A DNA stretch of 64,000 bases from Amoebophrya sp. A120 (lineage: Eukaryota; Protista; Dinoflagellata): positions 8,310 to 72,309 of the forward strand of contig CAJINV010000024.1 in assembly GCA_905178155.1 (NCBI GenBank), given 5' to 3'. Made by a program: the position numbers and the translations under genes. Below the pieces are notes generated by a model. The model was not told the DNA's origin. It saw only the letters and a list, made by a program, of their open reading frames with translations, and ran no database searches. This document shows positions 58,700-64,000 of the stretch, in pieces (the stretch's first letter is position 1; every line of letters begins with the position of its first letter).

Positions 58700-61631
58700 A
58701 TTGTTCGATGCGGAGCGAATTGTTTGCTTCTTTCATGCTTGTATTGGCTGCGCGTATACTTCTACCAAATGCAAGCAACATCCTTGTTCAGTGTGCGGGG
58801 TCTTCACAAACACATGTTACAAGCAATCGCAGCATCTTCCGACCACGATCACCCGCTCAAAATGTTTTGCCCACCTGCGCGTTTTTCTGGATCTCGGCTT
58901 TGGTAGTGTCGTTGACGTCGTTTAGTTGTTTCTGCACGTCAGCCACGAATTCCGTCCGCCAGTTCCATACCTCCATCGCGATTTTCATCGCCTGCTTCGC
59001 GACACTTGCATCTTGGTCGCCCTGACGGACGAGGTGGTGCAACTGGCTGCAGATTTTGCCGATGTCCTTCTGCGTGTCCTGCGTGTGGTGCAACTGCTTC
59101 ACTTTTACCTGGTGTATCTCCCGCTATCAGATCCAAAAGTGCACCCATCTCAGCTATGATGGAAATACTACTCGCCCACCTGAGCAAGAGCAGGGCCCTT
59201 GATTACAAACCATCCAAGCACTCGCCATGCCGCTCGTTGCGAATCGAAAATATTAGTCTAATGTCATGCAGAAGTATAATTTCTAGCTCGATTTCTTGCA
59301 TGTGGTTCGGGACGCATTCTAAATATGATAGCCCTCCCTGCTTGTCGATCGCGTCTTCCAGGGTCTGTAGCTCGTGTATGCAAGGACAATCGTCAAACAG
59401 ATCATCCTCGAGGTGATTGTAGTAGAGTTTGTGACTACTTGAATTGCTATAGTAGATGAGTACATGCAATGACTACTCTTCACCCTTCTTCACTGTTTTC
59501 TCTAGAAAGCTTCAATAGAACTCGCGAGGACGTGACACCCTAGTACATAAAGAACAACATTTCATCGCCTCGAGCTCTTTCAGTAGATACGAATGCGATC
59601 TGTTTGGAAGCAAATATTCGGGATATTCGTGTTCAACGGGGCAGTGATGTTGTACGTCCTCTCGATGAAGTTCTCCCACATCTCAGCATCGGTTTGGATT
59701 CTCCCAAGTACGTTCTTGATCTCGTCTCCGCACTTTCCCAGCTCCGTGAAGAACTGCTCCCCGTCGACCTTCAGTTGCTCGCGTAGCTTCTCTTGCTAGC
59801 TTATGGAGTCAAAAACAGTTTGCCAGCAGACACGACAGAACGTTCTTGTTTTCGAGGTCGTTCTGGGGGTTTTGTACTAGCACTTACTTCAGGTTCAGGA
59901 CAGCAGGAGCTAGAGTGTTGTTAATCTATGCAGCCAGGAGAATATATGCTTTTTTTGCCACTGGTGAAGATACATATATGCAAAAAAGAGTCGTGACCTC
60001 ATATCGTGTGCGTCGTCCGATATCTGTGCTGGCACCATTTTCACTCAGATAAGTACCCTCCTTGAGCTCTCTGATCTGGTGGTCCACCTCCGTGAACCCG
60101 TCTTCCGTGCGTTTCTCCAGCGCAGTCTGCCTGCTGGTGATGCGCTGCTCGAACTCCTGGCGGTTGTGTTCGTTCTTGAGGGCCCGTTCGTTGGCAACGT
60201 TGGCCACCAGTTCTGTCGTCGCCAGGCGAAAGGTAGTTCGACTCTGCTCTATCTGGAGGTCGGATTGCTTTTGTCCCAGGTTTATCGTAAGAAGAAACTC
60301 CCCCTCCCCATACTCTCGAAAGGGAAATTTGCGTTGCTGATTTGCGTACACAATTTGTATTGCATGGAGGATGGAATCAATCAAGAGACAGCACTGTGCG
60401 GCATTTTCTAAAGCGGTTTCTGTAGTGATTGTCTAAGCAGCAGAAAAGGTGTTTGTGATGTCGAGCAGCTAGTTCGCACCTCCGTAAAGCAACTTGAGAT
60501 ACTACATGGCTCAGATGCAGCGCTACAATATTTTTTGTGTACGCAAATCATGCGTAGGTACACAAACCAATCTCTGGTGGAGTAAAGGTAGGGGGGATTG
60601 TTCATCTCGATAAAGTCCTGCTGCTTGTCACGCGACTGCTGTCGGTACTTCCGTTCTTGTTCTTGAATTTCGGCCTCGATGCCTGCGAGTACCTTCTTCT
60701 CGTTTATTGTGCGGAAAAGAGTAATATCAGTATCTTTACCTTACGAAGGAAATGTTTTTATAAAAGTGATCGGAATTCGGATTGCAGATATCGGCACGAC
60801 AAGTTTCATGGCATCACAGAAATCTGCACGACAAAATCTGCCTCGCACAAGATCATGAAGTCGTGTCCAGGAGGCTCGGTTGTTAGGCTATGCATGGAAC
60901 GCAAGACAAAGTAGAGGCATCTTTTCGCTTTGGTAACTTCTATCTCTGCCGCTCTTCTCTGGTCTTCCAATTGCAGCTTTTGACGCTCCAGGTCCCGTAT
61001 TTGCTCGTCGAATTCCTTGTACTTGGTCTCGTAGAATATTCTCGTCTGGTTTTGTTTGCATTTTGCAGTTTCTCATGCGGGTTGTAAAATCACAGCTATA
61101 GGGGTGTGGAAGTTCTTCTGGATTAATGAAACGCATTCTTCAAAGAAAGACGAAAATCTAATCATGCGCAATGTCTAAGTGTTTTAAGTGTTACATTAAC
61201 TGATGTACCGACGCGTGTCGTTTTTGCAGCTCCGTAATAGGTGTTGAGGCTTGTGCGACAGCAGCTCCCACCAGCGCGTGCTGCTGAGCGGCAAACGATC
61301 GCCGCACAGAGTCGGGCGTCGGCACTGTGGACAACGCGCCGCCGGGAGGTGGCGATTCCCGCAAATTTTGGTTCTCGTTCACGAGATCGGATGTCAGGAG
61401 GGGTAATCTTGATGGGAGCATGTCTACTGGCGGCTGCGGTTGCTCTTGTGGGCTTGATGCTGCCGGGGACGGCGAGGGAGAACTACTCAAAGTAAACGAT
61501 GCGGCATCTCCATCGTTGGGCTGATGCTGCGTTGCGTTCCGCCCAGGCGGGGAGCCTGAAGCCACTACAGGTGGAATGGCATCTTCGGGGGAACTGAGGG
61601 TCACTTCATTTTCTTTACGTGACGACGTCAT
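58700..61631 (-). CDS. Probable multi-exon coiled-coil protein
   Basis: Successive helical minus-strand exons (MTSSRKENEV.., RDKQQD|LGQKQSDLQIEQ.., KQLHHTQDTQKD..); boundaries approximate. Confidence 0.5.
60283..60612. mobile_element. Introner family B
   Basis: TATCGTAAGAAGAAACTCCCCCTCCCC / GGGGGGATTGTTCATCTCGATA; repeats AGGTT/AAGTC; frame restored. Confidence 0.82.
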
Positions 61632-62359
61632 TTTCACGATACTTGCCGCAAGCGGCTGTCAACGAAAGAAAAAATCAAGCGTACGACTCCTATGTGTATG
61701 AAGCACTTGTTATATATAGAGAGTGCTGCTGTGACGTTCAACTTGCAAACCGTTTTTCGCGACGATGGAGCACTGTGTTTGCGACTGCTCTACCAGGAAC
61801 GCAACAAGTGGGAGGAACCATTGAGGAAAGACGAACCCTATCGCTATCGAATGAAAAAAAGCAAGCCAAGCGATCGCACTGCTTCACGAGGCTCTCTGTT
61901 TCACACTACGTAGCTCTTTTTCGAACCAAGGCGGTCATCGTCTTGCATCAGAAGAAATTCGTCTGACGCAGGTAGGTGCCCTGTTGTTCTTTAGCACTGC
62001 TACGTCGATGCTGCGGGACGCTCCACGTTTTCGAGAACTACAGCGCTATTGATTTTCACGAAAAACGGAAAAGCTAAGGCCTCGAGGGCTTCATCTTTAC
62101 ACCAGGCATACACGACAACTTGATGAACCCTTGCTGTGGGACGCATTGAAGTCTGTTTCTCCCTCGTCTGTATTTACTTTTCGAGACATTCCCGGGTAAG
62201 CCTTGATGTATGTGAGCTGTGTTGACCGCGCGCACTGACTGCTTCACAGGCACGCGCGTCTCTCTTGGTGTCGACCTGTCTTGGTGTCGGCCTGTAAAGA
62301 CTCGCCTCACCTTCTGGGCCATTGAAACAGGCACAGCGGGCACCCGCGCAGCCCTGCCG

Positions 62360-62960
62360 GAACGCATTTTCTGGGGCCTTTTGGCGCAACCGCTCCGGGA
62401 GGGGTGCAACGCCTCGCAGCCCGCTCCGGGAGAGTATATGTCAAACGTTCCGGGGAAGGTGCTTGCTCTCGCTGCTTCCCGCTATCTTCTGCTGGTACGC
62501 ATTTTCTCCAAGGTTTTTGCGTAGTCCGCTCCTTGTAAATATTGCAGCTTCCGGGGAAATTGCTGGCAAATACTGCCTCTGCATGCTGCAAGTGGTACGC
62601 ATTATCCTGGTTTTTTCTCCGCAGTCCGCCCCGGGAGAGAAAGAAGTCTTCTGGGGAAGTTGCTTGCTCTGACGGCTTCCGGCTATCTTCTGCTGGTGCG
62701 CATTTTCTCCAAGGTTTTTGCGTATTCCGCTCCTGGTAAAAGTTGCAGCCGCCGGAGAAATTGCGCGTAGCTACTGCTTCTGCATGTTGCAAGCGGTACG
62801 CATTATCTTGGGTTTTTTATCGCAGTCCGCTCCTGGAGGGAAAGAAATCTTCTGGGCTGGTTACTTGCTGTGACTGCTTCCCGCTATCTTCTTCTGGTAC
62901 GCATTTTCTCCAAGGTTTTTGCGTATTCCGCTCCTGGTAAATACTGCAGCTTCCGGGGAA
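62360..62960. repeat. Second array (~3 copies) of the 201-bp satellite
   Basis: Shares TGGTACGCATTTTCTCCAAGGTTTTTGCGTA and GCAGCT(T/G)CCGGGGAA with 48241-50290; period 201 (62542, 62743). Confidence 0.9.
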
Positions 62961-63835
62961 GGATTAGCGGTTCGTGCGGATTAAAAGAGTGTCTATAATG
63001 GCGTCTGACCTCGACGACAAGGATGGCTGTGTGAGCAGTCACGGTTCGATGGTAAAGGAGTCGGCGAGGGGTGGGTACGACTAGACAAGGAATACGTAGA
63101 ACCGCCTGCCTTCGCAGTAGAGTTGTTGTTCTACACCTGGGATAATTCTACTGCGGTGTTCGGCTCATCTTCAAGCTGTAAGTAAACTTGAAACGCGGTT
63201 CAGCTCTTACACCGAATTCAAGGGATTTTCATCTTCTTTGTCGTCTGAGGGTGTGATGGTAGTCTGCTTGCTCAGGTGCTCCCTGGCCCGTTTCACCGCT
63301 TCCTCTTGCGCCGTCAGCAGAATTTGATACTGGCCGCGGAGGGGGAGCAAGTCGCTTATAATGTCGGCCACATTTTTCTGGTGCCCGTTTTTCTTTGCGA
63401 CGAAGTTGTGGGCCCGTTCCAACACCAGGCGGACCTTCACGACGTCGGGGTGGGCGTCGTGATTGCATCGAGGTTGTATTTTTGTCGATTTTCGAAACGA
63501 TGGAAGCGACCTTTCCAACTTTCGGTCGAACGGACCTACCTACCACGTCGATAAATGCTGTACGGATGGAAAAGTGGATCCGAAAAAGAAGAAGTACTTA
63601 TGCAGTACTCGAGTGGCCTTTGGCTTTGCTTCGTTGATCATGATGTTCATCAGGCCTGTGTTTTTCACGATACTTCCACTAGCGAGGATCTTCTATGTAC
63701 GATCGAGATAAAGACGAAAACCAAGCGAGCGAATCGTTTCATAGTCTGACGTGGAAACTCCTCCACGTCCAACAAGCTCCGTTCGATCACGATCGCAAAA
63801 TGAGTCTATATCTACTTTGACCAAAAAATAAACGG

Positions 63836-64000
63836 AAGACAACCACGCCGGCACGATGGATTTTCCCTTCCATCCCCCTTCCAACTCCCTTCCATGGATC
63901 TTTTGCTTGGTCAGCAAAAATGTCTGCATTTGGAAGACCTAAGCGGGACCTAAGCGGGAGCTACACTAAGACAACCACGGCGGCACGATGGATTTTCCCT
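63836..64000. repeat. Start of a direct repeat running off the window end
   Basis: AAGACAACCACG(C/G)CGGCACGATGGATTTTCCCT at 63836 and 63968. Confidence 0.6.

Noticed and set aside
4048-60612. Apparent stepwise introner lengths (~150, 210, 260, 320 bp)
   Set aside because: Families C and E span 196-251 bp and blur the steps; too few classes to claim periodicity.
1-64000. Stop-codon reassignment as reported for one Amoebophrya strain
   Set aside because: Frames of 776-1110 codons have no internal stops under the standard code, and the ankyrin gene ends at TAA.

Overview
Eukaryotic DNA from a dinoflagellate-lineage genome, most likely a parasitic syndinian such as Amoebophrya. This rests on an exact 21-nt dinoflagellate spliced-leader core (CCGTAGCCATTTTGGCTCAAG) at 42110-42130 (minus strand), on every reconstructable gene lying on one strand (minus), and on about 35 short non-coding elements interrupting the genes. 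The elements are 150-330 bp, form five or six families, begin and end with TA, have terminal inverted repeats, and are flanked by 5-bp direct repeats. Removing each element plus one repeat copy by hand restores continuous reading frames, including the HFDLKPAN/DFG motifs of an Mps1/TTK-like kinase and two ankyrin repeats. They therefore behave as non-GT-AG transposon-introns (introners). They occur in both orientations relative to transcription, and all families share an internal TGT(C/G/A)ATGC motif. Several carry secondary insertions with ~15-bp target duplications, one being a 2.16-kb spliced-leader-capped retrocopy. The window also holds hairpin-unit satellites (132, 113, 308 bp), a 201-bp satellite at two loci, a kinase-TM-ectodomain gene next to tandem copies of an unrecognised domain, and a basic AT-hook/H1-like protein. 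All splicing is inferred from frame restoration, not from transcript data. No transposase or reverse transcriptase ORF was recognised.
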